The translations under genes were made by a program, and so were the position numbers. Below, piece after piece: positions 21,476 through 31,376 of a stretch of 64,000 bases of DNA. Each line of letters opens with the position of its first letter. The stretch's first letter is position 1. The stretch spans positions 128,001-192,000 of the forward strand of contig OZ223302.1 in the NCBI GenBank assembly GCA_965140705.1, read 5' to 3'. Under the pieces are notes generated by a model that worked only from the letters and a program-made list of their open reading frames with translations, had not been told where the DNA came from and searched no databases. Source of the stretch: an uncultured Arcobacter sp. Its GTDB lineage: Bacteria > Campylobacterota > Campylobacteria > Campylobacterales > Arcobacteraceae.

Positions 21476-22959
21476 TTTCTTTTCCTCAATATAAACTGAT
21501 TTAATTCACTTTTTGTAATAGAAATAATCTGAGGGAAAAAATAAATAAAAATGCATGAAAATAGAGTATATAAAATACCACAAACTAAAAAATCATAAAG
21601 AATATTATTAAAATTAATAAATAATGAACTAAAATATGCAATCATTGAAAATACCACAATTGTATAAAATTGATGATAAATAAAAGATAACATCTTTATA
21701 TTTAATGCTTTAGTATTAAAATAAAGTTGGATGTTTACTCCAATAACTTGAGCTAATATCATTTTTATACCAAAACCTAGTGCTCCTAATTCCCAATAAT
21801 ATATAAATAAATAACTAAAGACTAATCCAATCAAAGAAGAAACCAAACCTATATCACGATATAACTTTGTTGTTCCATTGGCAAAAAATAAAGAACCACT
21901 AAGTTGACCATAAGTTTGATGGATAGGGTAAAAAGCCATAATTGTCAACACAAATAGTGCATCTTTAAATTTTTCATCAGTAAATATAATTAAAAGATTT
22001 TCTGCTTGAAATGCTATAAAAACACTAAAATATGTAGCTATCGCATAAAGCATCGGAATATATCTTTTAAATAAACTTCTTACCTTGTCAATATCATTTT
22101 CTTCAAACGACTTAGAAAATTCTCTTGTAATAATTGGTGTCATCGCACTAGTGAAAAGAAAACACATAGCAGCAATAGAATATGCTATTCCATAAAATCC
22201 AGTTTGTATAGACCCACTAATACTTTGCAAAAGCCACAAATCAAATAAACTTATTGCTATAGCAACAACATTGAAGATAAATAAAGGGGAACTAAAGAGA
22301 AAAAACTCTTTTGAAATATTCTTATATTCAATTTTAAAATCTAAGACTTGTTTGCACAAGATAGATCTTTTAACAAATAGAATAGAAATAATCATTAAAA
22401 AAGAGATTAATGAAATAAATTGAAAATAAAAATAAATATTCAAATCAAACGACAAAAAATTTATCATATATAAAAGTAAAAATAAAGCTAATATTTTATG
22501 GAAAATTTTTGTCAGTTCAACAGAAACAGTTAAGGCATAAGCATCAGATATTTTTATATAAACTTGAGTAACCCAGGAAAAGAAACCAAATAAAGCACCA
22601 AAAAAAACATATTTATTTGGTATATCAGGCAATAAAAAATTAATATAATTAAACAAACCAGCCAAATATAAAAATATGAATAAAGAGATGAATAAAATAA
22701 TTGAAAATATAAAATAAAAAGTAATCAGATATTTTCTAGTTGAATTAGCTGATAACTTTGTAAAAAAAGCCATGGAAGTTCCTGCATCTAAAAATGCAAT
22801 AAATTGTGTAAAAAACTGCTGTAAATAACTAAATTGACCAAAAGCAACAGGGCCTAATGCTTTTGGAACAATTGCTATCAATACTATATTAATAAGTCCA
22901 TTTATGATATTAGACAATAACTTGATAATATATCTTTTTTTTAGACTAGCTTCCATCAA
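21472..22959 (-). CDS. wzx: Wzx flippase (MOP superfamily)
   Basis: About 12-14 TM segments; PKALGPVAFGQF and QTGFYGIAY patterns typical of Wzx. Confidence 0.85.
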   Translation of the reverse strand: MMEASLKKRYIIKLLSNIINGLINIVLIAIVPKALGPVAFGQFSYLQQFFTQFIAFLDAGTSMAFFTKLSANSTRKYLITFYFIFSIILFISLFIFLYLAGLFNYINFLLPDIPNKYVFFGALFGFFSWVTQVYIKISDAYALTVSVELTKIFHKILALFLLLYMINFLSFDLNIYFYFQFISLISFLMIISILFVKRSILCKQVLDFKIEYKNISKEFFLFSSPLFIFNVVAIAISLFDLWLLQSISGSIQTGFYGIAYSIAAMCFLFTSAMTPIITREFSKSFEENDIDKVRSLFKRYIPMLYAIATYFSVFIAFQAENLLIIFTDEKFKDALFVLTIMAFYPIHQTYGQLSGSLFFANGTTKLYRDIGLVSSLIGLVFSYLFIYYWELGALGFGIKMILAQVIGVNIQLYFNTKALNIKMLSFIYHQFYTIVVFSMIAYFSSLFINFNNILYDFLVCGILYTLFSCIFIYFFPQIISITKSELNQFILRKRK

Positions 22960-22966
22960 CTATTAT

Positions 22967-24751
22967 TTATATACACTTCGAAATTAATACATGATTTAAA
23001 ATCAAATGCTTTAAGCCAGAATTTTCAAATACATGTATAGCATCATCAATATCATTTACAACAGGTAAACCATGTAAGTTATAACTGGTATTTAGCAATG
23101 AACCTATTCCTGTGATTTTAGAAAATTCTTCTATTAAATCATAATACTCTTCATTTTGTTCTTTCGTTAAAATTTGAGGTCTTATGGTCTCATCATAGGG
23201 ATGAGTACCTGCTTTTATATCATTTAAGAACTCTTTTTTTGTATCCATTGCAACAGCCATATATCGTGATTCAAAACCTTTTGGATTAACTAAATATTTA
23301 TCCACATATGTATCAAGAACAGTTGCAGCAAAAGGCATCCAAAAATCTCTTCCCTTTATAAGTTCATTAATATGTTGAATAATATTTGGGTTAGAAGGAT
23401 TTGCCAATATACTTCTATTACCTAATGCTCTTGAACCAAATTCCATTCTTCCACATACTCTAGCAACAACTTCACCTTCAGATAAAAGTTTTGCAATATA
23501 TTTATTGTCTGCTTTAAGTATATTATATTTTTTGTCCAAATTATTTTTTTGGAGATATTCATCTACTTCATTCACAATATTTTCAGTACCTAAATTTAAA
23601 TTATATAAAGGCTTATTATTTATGTTGTTTTCATAATTAGCAAAATAACATGCTCCAATACTTTGAGACTCATCGGAAGAAGAACCAGCAACAAAAATAT
23701 CATCAACAAAATCTAAATCACCCAATGCTTTGTTCGCTTTAACATTCATAGCGACTCCACCACTAAATACAAAGTTCTTAAATCCTATCTCTTTAAATGC
23801 TCTTAAAAATAATTCATTTAAAATTTTTTCAGTATAAAGCTGGACTCCTCCAGCAATATTATCAAATCTATGATATTTTAATTTTTCATTTAAAAATTCA
23901 TACAAATTAGCAGGTCTATTTTTATGTACTATTTTTAAACCATCAAATTGTAATAATTCATCAAAAATATCAGCAACTTTTTTTGAATATTTTTCTTTAG
24001 CATAAGGTGCTAATCCCATTACTTTAAATTCATGTTCAAGAGGTTTCATTCTAAGATACAAAGTCACCATTCGATAAAGTCTTGCAATTTCACATTGATT
24101 GCTGTCTGTTACTAATTCAAATTTATCATTTTCTATTTTCCATACAGTTTGGTTTTTGCCATCACCATATGCATCTACTGTTATTGCGATGGTTTTATCT
24201 TTTTTATTTGGATTTGCAAAATATCCATACATTGCATGACAAGTGTGGTGATCATAAAATTTTATTTTTTCTTTATTAATTTGCATAAAATTCGATATAT
24301 CATTAACTACAACTTCCGTAATTTTACTTTGTAATTCTTCTGGGTCTAAATTATAAAACTCATCAGGAATAGTATAAAAACTTTTTTCACCCTTAAATTT
24401 TTTTTCAAAAATTTGTTTTGCATAATCTTTTGGATAATTTTCTCCAGCTAATTTTGGTTTCCAATAATCTTCCATCATATCAATATAATCATCTATATCA
24501 AAAACTGCATCAATTGGATAATTTAAATTATTCAAATCATTTCTGGCAATAGTAGACATTGCAACAATATCAATATTCTCATTTGATAAATCATATCGTT
24601 TCATTATATATTCGACACAATTTTTAGGGAAGCCTTTTTCGTTTTTTCGTTTAGTAAATCTTTCTTCTTGAATAGCACAAACTACTTCACCATTAATTGA
24701 TAATGCAGCAGATGCATTATGGTCATCATATATACCTATTATTATCATCAT
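22967..24751 (-). CDS. Carbamoyltransferase (NodU/CmcH family)
   Basis: HNASAAL, AIQEERFTKRK, DHHTCHA, EFKVMGLAPY, SGGVAMNVKAN, GRMEFGSRALGNRSILA, LLNTSYNLHGLP. Confidence 0.92.
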   Translation of the reverse strand: MMIIIGIYDDHNASAALSINGEVVCAIQEERFTKRKNEKGFPKNCVEYIMKRYDLSNENIDIVAMSTIARNDLNNLNYPIDAVFDIDDYIDMMEDYWKPKLAGENYPKDYAKQIFEKKFKGEKSFYTIPDEFYNLDPEELQSKITEVVVNDISNFMQINKEKIKFYDHHTCHAMYGYFANPNKKDKTIAITVDAYGDGKNQTVWKIENDKFELVTDSNQCEIARLYRMVTLYLRMKPLEHEFKVMGLAPYAKEKYSKKVADIFDELLQFDGLKIVHKNRPANLYEFLNEKLKYHRFDNIAGGVQLYTEKILNELFLRAFKEIGFKNFVFSGGVAMNVKANKALGDLDFVDDIFVAGSSSDESQSIGACYFANYENNINNKPLYNLNLGTENIVNEVDEYLQKNNLDKKYNILKADNKYIAKLLSEGEVVARVCGRMEFGSRALGNRSILANPSNPNIIQHINELIKGRDFWMPFAATVLDTYVDKYLVNPKGFESRYMAVAMDTKKEFLNDIKAGTHPYDETIRPQILTKEQNEEYYDLIEEFSKITGIGSLLNTSYNLHGLPVVNDIDDAIHVFENSGLKHLILNHVLISKCI

Positions 24752-24767
24752 TCATCCTTTGTTAAAT

Positions 24768-25537
24768 TTAATTCCAATTTGCTATATTTAAATTTTCTTC
24801 TAAAATCTTTTGTCTTGCATTTGGTAAACCATTTCCTATAAAATTAAAAAGATTTGCAGTTGCCACAGCATCAATTTTTTCTCTTTTTAACCCCTCTAGT
24901 AATGATTTTCATTGCCGGCTCCACCTGCTATAATAAGTGGTACTTTTACATTTTGAGATATTTTATCAATCGTTTCAAAATCATATCCAAAACCTGTACC
25001 ATCTTTATCTATAGAATTAAAATATATCTCTCCAATGCCTAGTTCTTCCACATACATTATATACTCATTAAGTGGCATATCTAACTTTTGCATACCATCT
25101 GATATAAAAACTGCCAGACTATTATCATTTATTTTATAATCAATATTTGCAATTACACTTTGAGAACCATACTGATTTATAATTTCTTTTACAATTTGCG
25201 GGTCAGAGTAAAGGATAGAGTTTAATACAAGCTTATCAGCGCCACTATTAAACAATAACTTTGCATCTTCAAGACTTCTAATACCACCACCGGCTGCTAT
25301 TGGTATAAATACATCATCTACAAGTTTTTCTAATACTTTTGCAAATGCTTCTAAATTCTTTTCATTTTTAGAAGCATTAAGTACTATGAGTTCATCAAGA
25401 CAAAAAGCTATCTCTTTAAACTTATAATTTCTTTCTAGCCAATTTATATCACCAACTTTCTGAAGTCTAAAATTTCTACTTTGGTTAAATTTACCATTTT
25501 CATATATGAGTGTAAATATTATTCTTTTTCTAAGCAT
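24768..25537 (-). pseudogene. HisF-like (WbuZ/AglZ) amidotransferase partner with a 1-bp frameshift near 24901 (or a sequencing error)
   Basis: The frame stops at ...GGAGNENHY* (24896). The shifted frame continues LEGLKREKIDAVATANLFNFIGNGLPNARQKILEENLNIANWN* to 24768. Restoring one T (CATTA to CATTTA) gives a 256-aa HisF-sized protein. Confidence 0.8.
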
Positions 25538-26149
25538 TTAAAACTTCTCAATAAAATTTTTAAGCAAATTAAGTCCATTGGTTTGACTAAGTTCTGGATG
25601 AAATTGTGTTCCTACAATATTGTCTTTTTCATAAGAAGCTATAAACTCTTCACCATAATGACAAATCGACTGATTTATGTCATTATTGCTTTGTATTTTG
25701 TAACTGTGAGTAAAATAAAAATCATTAATTACATGAAATCCTTCATAAATTTTAGCATTTGCATTAATCCGTACTTGATTAAATCCAACATGAGGTACTT
25801 TCAGATTTTCAATACTAAATTTTTTACATTCTGCATCTATATATTCAAGACCAATTGCTCCACCATCTTCTTCACTACTCTTACAAAGTAACTGCATACC
25901 AAGACAAATTCCAAGAATTGGTTTTTTATCATCTAATACAACTTCACCTAATATTTTATGTAGTTCCATTTTGTTAATTTGATTCATTGCTTTTACAAAA
26001 GAACCCACTCCGGGTAAAAGTAATTTATCTGCAGATTTAATATCTTCATATTTATTTGAAATCACTATTTGATTTAACCCTAAATATTTAAATGCACTGC
26101 TAACAGATTTGATATTTCCCATTCCATAATCAACAATGACTAATTTCAT
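25538..26149 (-). CDS. HisH-like class I glutamine amidotransferase (WbuY-like)
   Basis: VDYGMGNI, LPGVGSF, GICLGMQLL (catalytic Cys), YFTHSY, QFHPELS. Confidence 0.9.
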   Translation of the reverse strand: MKLVIVDYGMGNIKSVSSAFKYLGLNQIVISNKYEDIKSADKLLLPGVGSFVKAMNQINKMELHKILGEVVLDDKKPILGICLGMQLLCKSSEEDGGAIGLEYIDAECKKFSIENLKVPHVGFNQVRINANAKIYEGFHVINDFYFTHSYKIQSNNDINQSICHYGEEFIASYEKDNIVGTQFHPELSQTNGLNLLKNFIEKF

Positions 26150-27288
26150 ATGTTAAATTCATCTCCAACTGTAAATTTTGGTTGCCAAATACCATCAATT
26201 TTCTCAAATAAAGCTTCATTTGCATATTTGTCAAGTACTGCATCAAACTCATCTTTAGTCATTTTATAATATTCTAAATAAGTATCTATTAATTCATAAG
26301 GATAGGCATTATCATACATCTGGACAAGATTTAATGCTTGTTCTCTTGTCATAGAACCTCTTCTTATTTCAATACCGGCATCTTGAGTTGCTCTGCCAAA
26401 TCCAAATTTTAAATACATTAAATAAGCATGTAATGCATAAAGTGCTTGATCATTTTGAGCAAAATTAGTAAATGTATCATGATTACCATCATCTTTCTCT
26501 ATCAATCCACAATGCTCTTTTGCTACGACATAGTTTCTATATGAATCCCATGCTTCAAAGTATGACCAATGAGTAAATGATAATCCTACTTCTGAAATTT
26601 TATCTTCTGTTGGGAATTGAAAAAAAGCTAAATCAGCATCACTTATATCTCCATCAGCTTTGATTCTCTCAAATACTTTTTCATGTCCACCCTCTAAGTA
26701 TACTCTTTTCATATATTCTATATCGTAAAGTGCTTTATTTTTACTCTCTACTGAACCACCATATTCTATCTCACCATCTTCTCCATAAAATATTAATGGT
26801 ATTTTAAAATTAGCAGCTGTCTTTATTACAGCAGTCATTATAGCTATCAACCATCCATAATATGGAAAACCTTTTTCTATAAAACCATACTTATTAAGCC
26901 TATCTAATACTTTAGGATTGCAAGAAATATGAATATGATTAAAACCTGAATGGATAAAATTATATAAATTCTGATCACCTATTTCTAAAGCTAAAGCTGG
27001 TCTAACAGTTATAGCTAAAGGATTCATTCCATACTTATGCTTAAGAGTATATGCAACATAAGAACCATCTTTCCCCCCACTAACAGGTACTATACAATCG
27101 AAATCACCATTTTTAGAACGATTTTTATCTAACAAAGATATTAATTCTTTTTGTCTTGTCTCCCAATCAATCTTTTTTTTCTCTTCCATCCATTGACATG
27201 CATTACACCACCCTCTATTATCAAAACCTATTCTTGGTCTTGTCGACATATTTAAACAATTTTTACACCAAAATATTTTTTCACTCAT
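26146..27288 (-). CDS. N-acetyl-sugar amidotransferase (WbuX/WbpG/PseA family)
   Basis: N-terminal CxxC..TRP..CxxC, PP-loop VSGGKDGSY, YGEDGEIEYGG, YLKFGFGRATQDA. Confidence 0.9.
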   Translation of the reverse strand: MSEKIFWCKNCLNMSTRPRIGFDNRGWCNACQWMEEKKKIDWETRQKELISLLDKNRSKNGDFDCIVPVSGGKDGSYVAYTLKHKYGMNPLAITVRPALALEIGDQNLYNFIHSGFNHIHISCNPKVLDRLNKYGFIEKGFPYYGWLIAIMTAVIKTAANFKIPLIFYGEDGEIEYGGSVESKNKALYDIEYMKRVYLEGGHEKVFERIKADGDISDADLAFFQFPTEDKISEVGLSFTHWSYFEAWDSYRNYVVAKEHCGLIEKDDGNHDTFTNFAQNDQALYALHAYLMYLKFGFGRATQDAGIEIRRGSMTREQALNLVQMYDNAYPYELIDTYLEYYKMTKDEFDAVLDKYANEALFEKIDGIWQPKFTVGDEFNI

Positions 27289-27303
27289 ACTTTTATTTTC
27301 CTT

Positions 27304-28074
27304 TTATAAACTAAACCCATCATCTACAACGATATTTTGACCATTAAGATATTTACTCATATCACTAAGTAAATAAACCAATGTTCCTTTTAAATCGCTC
27401 TTATCCAACATACCTTTATTTAAACATTGCCCTTTATATTTTGATAAAAATACTTCTGGTTGGTGGTCGAAAATACCACCCGGACTTAAAGCATTAACTT
27501 TGATATTCATCCCTTTAAAATATTTTGCCATATATTTTGTAAGATGAATAAGTCCTGATTTTATTGCTGCATACTCTACAGGCATTGTCATAGGAGTATT
27601 ATCATACACTTCAAATTTTGGTGCAACGACACCATAAATAGAACTAATATTAATAATATTACCATAACCTTGCTTCTTAAAATATTGAGCGAATTGTTGA
27701 GAAGACGTAAAGTATCCTCCTAGATTTAATCCCAAATTTTGTACAAAATCTTCATATTCAACATCAAAAAAATGTCTTCCATAATTTTTATTTCTTGGAT
27801 ATGCATTATTTACTAAAGCATCTATTTTACTATATTTACTATCCAAATATTGAATACATTCATTTAAAGATTCTTTAGAAGTAATATCAAGTTTTACAAA
27901 GTCAATAGTATTATTATTTAACTCTTTTGATAAATTTTCTTTTACTTTTAAGCCTATCTCTTCATTGATATCTGCTATGATAGCTATCCCACCATTTTCT
28001 ACAATAGCTTTTACAAATTCTTTACCAATAAGTCCAGCACCACCTGTTATAACTACTACTTTATCCTTAAGCAT
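27304..28074 (-). CDS. SDR oxidoreductase (PtmA/ElaC-like)
   Basis: TGGAGLIGKEF, VNNAYPRNKNYGR, SSIYG, EYAAIK, VVDDGFSL. Confidence 0.85.
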   Translation of the reverse strand: MLKDKVVVITGGAGLIGKEFVKAIVENGGIAIIADINEEIGLKVKENLSKELNNNTIDFVKLDITSKESLNECIQYLDSKYSKIDALVNNAYPRNKNYGRHFFDVEYEDFVQNLGLNLGGYFTSSQQFAQYFKKQGYGNIINISSIYGVVAPKFEVYDNTPMTMPVEYAAIKSGLIHLTKYMAKYFKGMNIKVNALSPGGIFDHQPEVFLSKYKGQCLNKGMLDKSDLKGTLVYLLSDMSKYLNGQNIVVDDGFSL

Positions 28075-28768
28075 TTTTTTCCTTCATCAAAAACTCTACA
28101 AACTTATAATCTAACTCTGTATCTATATCAATAGACCTAATTTCAGGCATCACATATAATCCTGTATTGTCTAAAAACAGTGAACTCTCATTTAAAATAA
28201 CTTCTCGCTTCCATATATAAATTGAAGCATTCATATCATAGCTTTTAGGAGCATCTTGTCTTCGCACTACCGCATTATCTAATTTTTTTGATAGATAAAC
28301 TTTCCCATTTTTATCTTGTTCTACAAGATTAAAATATGGGCTTCTTCTACTTGGCATTGCTGTTATCAAGTTATCATTATCATTTTCTTTAAACTGATTA
28401 AAAGAATCAGTTATATCGTCTATACTTCTCAATGGTGCTGTTGCATCTAAATCTATCAAATAATCAAACTTTGTATTGTAGTACTCTTCACTTCTTTTAA
28501 AAGCATCCTTGATTACATCAAGCTTTCCTGCTGTATCACTTGCCATTTCAGGACTTCTTTTAAAGAACACTTCTGCACCATATTGTTTTGCAACATTTGC
28601 AATATCATCGCTGTCCGTACTTATAACTATATGTTCAAAAAGCCCCGAAGCTTTTGCTTGTTCTATCGTATAAACAATAAGTGCTTTACCATTTAATTCT
28701 TTAATATTTTTATTTTTAATACCTTTACTTCCACCTCTTGCACAAATAGTACATAAGATATTACTCAT
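28067..28768 (-). CDS. CMP-nonulosonate synthetase (NeuA/LegF/PtmB-like cytidylyltransferase)
   Basis: ICARGGSKGIKNKN, ISTDSD, DATAPLR, RRQDAP, RSIDIDT. Confidence 0.92.
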   Translation of the reverse strand: MSNILCTICARGGSKGIKNKNIKELNGKALIVYTIEQAKASGLFEHIVISTDSDDIANVAKQYGAEVFFKRSPEMASDTAGKLDVIKDAFKRSEEYYNTKFDYLIDLDATAPLRSIDDITDSFNQFKENDNDNLITAMPSRRSPYFNLVEQDKNGKVYLSKKLDNAVVRRQDAPKSYDMNASIYIWKREVILNESSLFLDNTGLYVMPEIRSIDIDTELDYKFVEFLMKEKNA

Positions 28769-29673
28769 TTATTTTGCTCCTGTATAGTTGATATAGTTTC
28801 CATCACTTCCAAAGCTTCTTCAAAAGTACATATATTTTGTTGTTTATTAAAAATATCTAAATGCATTTTTTCAAACATACTATTTCTTTCTAAATTTGAA
28901 AAAGAAAATATCTCTTCCAGTCTAGTTTTGTTTTTTTTAGTTAATTTAGCTGATATAAAATCTAATTCATAAGTATGTTCAAAAGTTTCAACAAATAATC
29001 TTCTATGAGTGTTTTTACTTATATAATCAATTGAAATATTTACCAAAATATCTTTGTATGTCTTTCCAATTAACATAGTTAAATCATCAGAATTTATCTC
29101 TAAATCTGAAATTTTTACTTGATAACTTTTTATCTCACTTATTTGTCCGCACAACCATTGTACATAGTCAATTTCATGACTTAAATCGAGGAGTACTCCA
29201 CCACCTTCATCTTTTTTTGCACTATAACAATTTTTATAATCCGTACTTGGTCTCCAAGATGTTAAATATTGTCCACATTTTGCATTCACTAAAATAACAT
29301 TTTCATTTTTTATAAATTCTTTTAATTTTTCTAATAATGGATGAAATCTAAGAACATATCCAACAAATATTTTATTGTTTTTAATTTTTAAATTTCTTTT
29401 TGATTCAAATAAAGGTTTTTCACAAAAAATAAGTTTATTTTTTACATTTTTTTCTAAAAATTGCAGTTGTTCGAAATGTTTGTTGGTTTCACTAGCTATT
29501 ATAAAATAATCATATTGATTTATATTATCTACAACTTCTAAACTCTTATAGCAAATTTTATCTTCAATGTTTTGTTTAGTAACTAAATCTATAGTTTGTA
29601 TTTGAGGAAATTTCAATAAAACTTCATTGTGCCTTTTTCCAATAGAACCAAAACCTATAATTAAAACCTTCAA
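28765..29673 (-). CDS. Gfo/Idh/MocA oxidoreductase (PtmF/ElaA-like)
   Basis: IIGFGSIGKRH, FCEKPL, VGYVLRFHP, GGGVLLDLSHEIDY; TTG start. Confidence 0.88.
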   Translation of the reverse strand: MKVLIIGFGSIGKRHNEVLLKFPQIQTIDLVTKQNIEDKICYKSLEVVDNINQYDYFIIASETNKHFEQLQFLEKNVKNKLIFCEKPLFESKRNLKIKNNKIFVGYVLRFHPLLEKLKEFIKNENVILVNAKCGQYLTSWRPSTDYKNCYSAKKDEGGGVLLDLSHEIDYVQWLCGQISEIKSYQVKISDLEINSDDLTMLIGKTYKDILVNISIDYISKNTHRRLFVETFEHTYELDFISAKLTKKNKTRLEEIFSFSNLERNSMFEKMHLDIFNKQQNICTFEEALEVMETISTIQEQNK

Positions 29674-30720
29674 TTAAAATACCTCATCATATTCATCATT
29701 TGCTTTTTTGTACTCTTCCATTCTTCCAATATCAAGCCAATATTCTCGTAGAGGAAAAGATATAGTATTTTTATTCTCACTTATGAACTTTTCAAAAAGT
29801 GTTGGCATATCATAGAACTCATTTTTAGGTATGTATTTTAGCACATCAGGGCTTAACATATAAATACCTGCACTTACAAAAAAACTATGTGTTGGTTTTT
29901 CTTCAATTGATAAAATTTTACTTCCATTCATATTTACTACTCCATAAGGAACTTGAAAATCATACTCTCTTACACACATAGTTCCTATAGCATTATTTTC
30001 TATATGAAAATTATGTAGATTTTCAAAATTCACATTTGTAAGTAAATCACCATTCATCACAAAAAAAGGTTCAGCAGGTTTTTCTTTTAAAAGGCTCAAA
30101 GCTCCTGCTGTTCCCATTCTCTGTTCTTCCAGTATATACTCTATAGTTACACCAAACTCTCTACCATCACCAAAATAGTCCTGAATTATATGTGACTTAT
30201 AATTCACACACATCACAATATTTATATATCCATACTCGGCAAACTTTTCTACTATTGTTTGTAATATTGGTTTATTCCCAACTTTTAGCATAGGTTTTGG
30301 AGTATTTTCAGTAAGTGGTCTAAGTCTTGTACCTAAACCTCCTACCATAAGAATTACTTTGTTTGTTTTTTCCTTTGGTTTTATAAGCTCCTCTATTTCT
30401 TGAATACCTACTATTTTCCCATCATTATCTATTATTGGTACTTGATGAAGTTTTTTTGAAAGTGCAAGTTTTAAAATTTCTTCTTTTGTATCAGTAATAT
30501 TTGCTACTGTTGGTGTTTTATAAACTATTGTTTTTATAGAACTATTTAAATCTAAACCTTTTAACAATCCTCTTCTTATATCTCCATCAGTTAAAGTTCC
30601 TAATAGTTTATCCCTATTATCAATAACAAGAGCTATTTGCATAGCTGCTTTATCTATGATTTCTAAAGCTTCTTTTATTGTAGAATTTATATTCAATTTT
30701 AAATTTTCTATATCTCTCAT
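29674..30720 (-). CDS. CBS-domain sugar-1-phosphate nucleotidyltransferase (PtmE/LegX-like)
   Basis: N-terminal CBS pair (LGTLTDGDIRRGLL), then MVGGLGTRLRPLTENTPKPML, VMNGDLLT, YWLDIGR. ATG at 30720 overlaps the upstream stop. Confidence 0.9.
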   Translation of the reverse strand: MRDIENLKLNINSTIKEALEIIDKAAMQIALVIDNRDKLLGTLTDGDIRRGLLKGLDLNSSIKTIVYKTPTVANITDTKEEILKLALSKKLHQVPIIDNDGKIVGIQEIEELIKPKEKTNKVILMVGGLGTRLRPLTENTPKPMLKVGNKPILQTIVEKFAEYGYINIVMCVNYKSHIIQDYFGDGREFGVTIEYILEEQRMGTAGALSLLKEKPAEPFFVMNGDLLTNVNFENLHNFHIENNAIGTMCVREYDFQVPYGVVNMNGSKILSIEEKPTHSFFVSAGIYMLSPDVLKYIPKNEFYDMPTLFEKFISENKNTISFPLREYWLDIGRMEEYKKANDEYDEVF

Positions 30721-31376
30721 GAAATTTCCTTTAAAAGTACAAAACATTCAGCATATTCACACCCAGAGGTAGCTCCTCTTAATGTAGCCAAAGCACGTAA
30801 GTTTTTTTCACTTCTTGGAAAAGGATGATCTATAATTTCACTTTCAAAAATTTTCATTATTTTTATTTTTTCTTCTAAATATTCACTAATATCTACAAAA
30901 AAATTTGGTATAAAAGTATCTTCTTTAGTACTTGGAGCAAACTCAGTTTCACTAAGTGTTTCAATCATATAAATTTTTTTTATAAAAGGATATCTAAAAG
31001 ATTTAGTACAACTATAAGCAGATTCAAAGATCTTTCTATGATCACTGTGAACATCACCTTTAAAAGGAAGATAAATAATAGTTGGTTTTATTTCATTTAC
31101 AACTTTAGATATTTTACTTATTAATTCACTCATTGAGTATTCGTCAACTTGCATAGTTTTCAACCTAAGGTTATATACAGTATCAAACTTATAAAGCTTT
31201 GAAACTTGTTCTATCTCTTTTTCTCTTGTTTCATAATAATCATGTTTTTTATCAATAGTTGTACAAATAAGCCAATGTATTTCATCACCATTTGCTTTAT
31301 GTTTTAAAAGTGTTCCACCACACCCTAAAGTTTCGTCATCGGGATGAACAGCTATAATTAAAACTTTGTTTTTCAT
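30717..31376 (-). CDS. PIG-L/LmbE family N-deacetylase
   Basis: AVHPDDETLGCGGT and DVHSDH zinc motifs. Confidence 0.9.
   Translation of the reverse strand: MKNKVLIIAVHPDDETLGCGGTLLKHKANGDEIHWLICTTIDKKHDYYETREKEIEQVSKLYKFDTVYNLRLKTMQVDEYSMSELISKISKVVNEIKPTIIYLPFKGDVHSDHRKIFESAYSCTKSFRYPFIKKIYMIETLSETEFAPSTKEDTFIPNFFVDISEYLEEKIKIMKIFESEIIDHPFPRSEKNLRALATLRGATSGCEYAECFVLLKEIS

Noticed and set aside
24768..26149. hisH/hisF as histidine biosynthesis genes
   Set aside because: They follow a WbuX-family amidotransferase and no other his genes are present; these are the glycan-associated paralogues.
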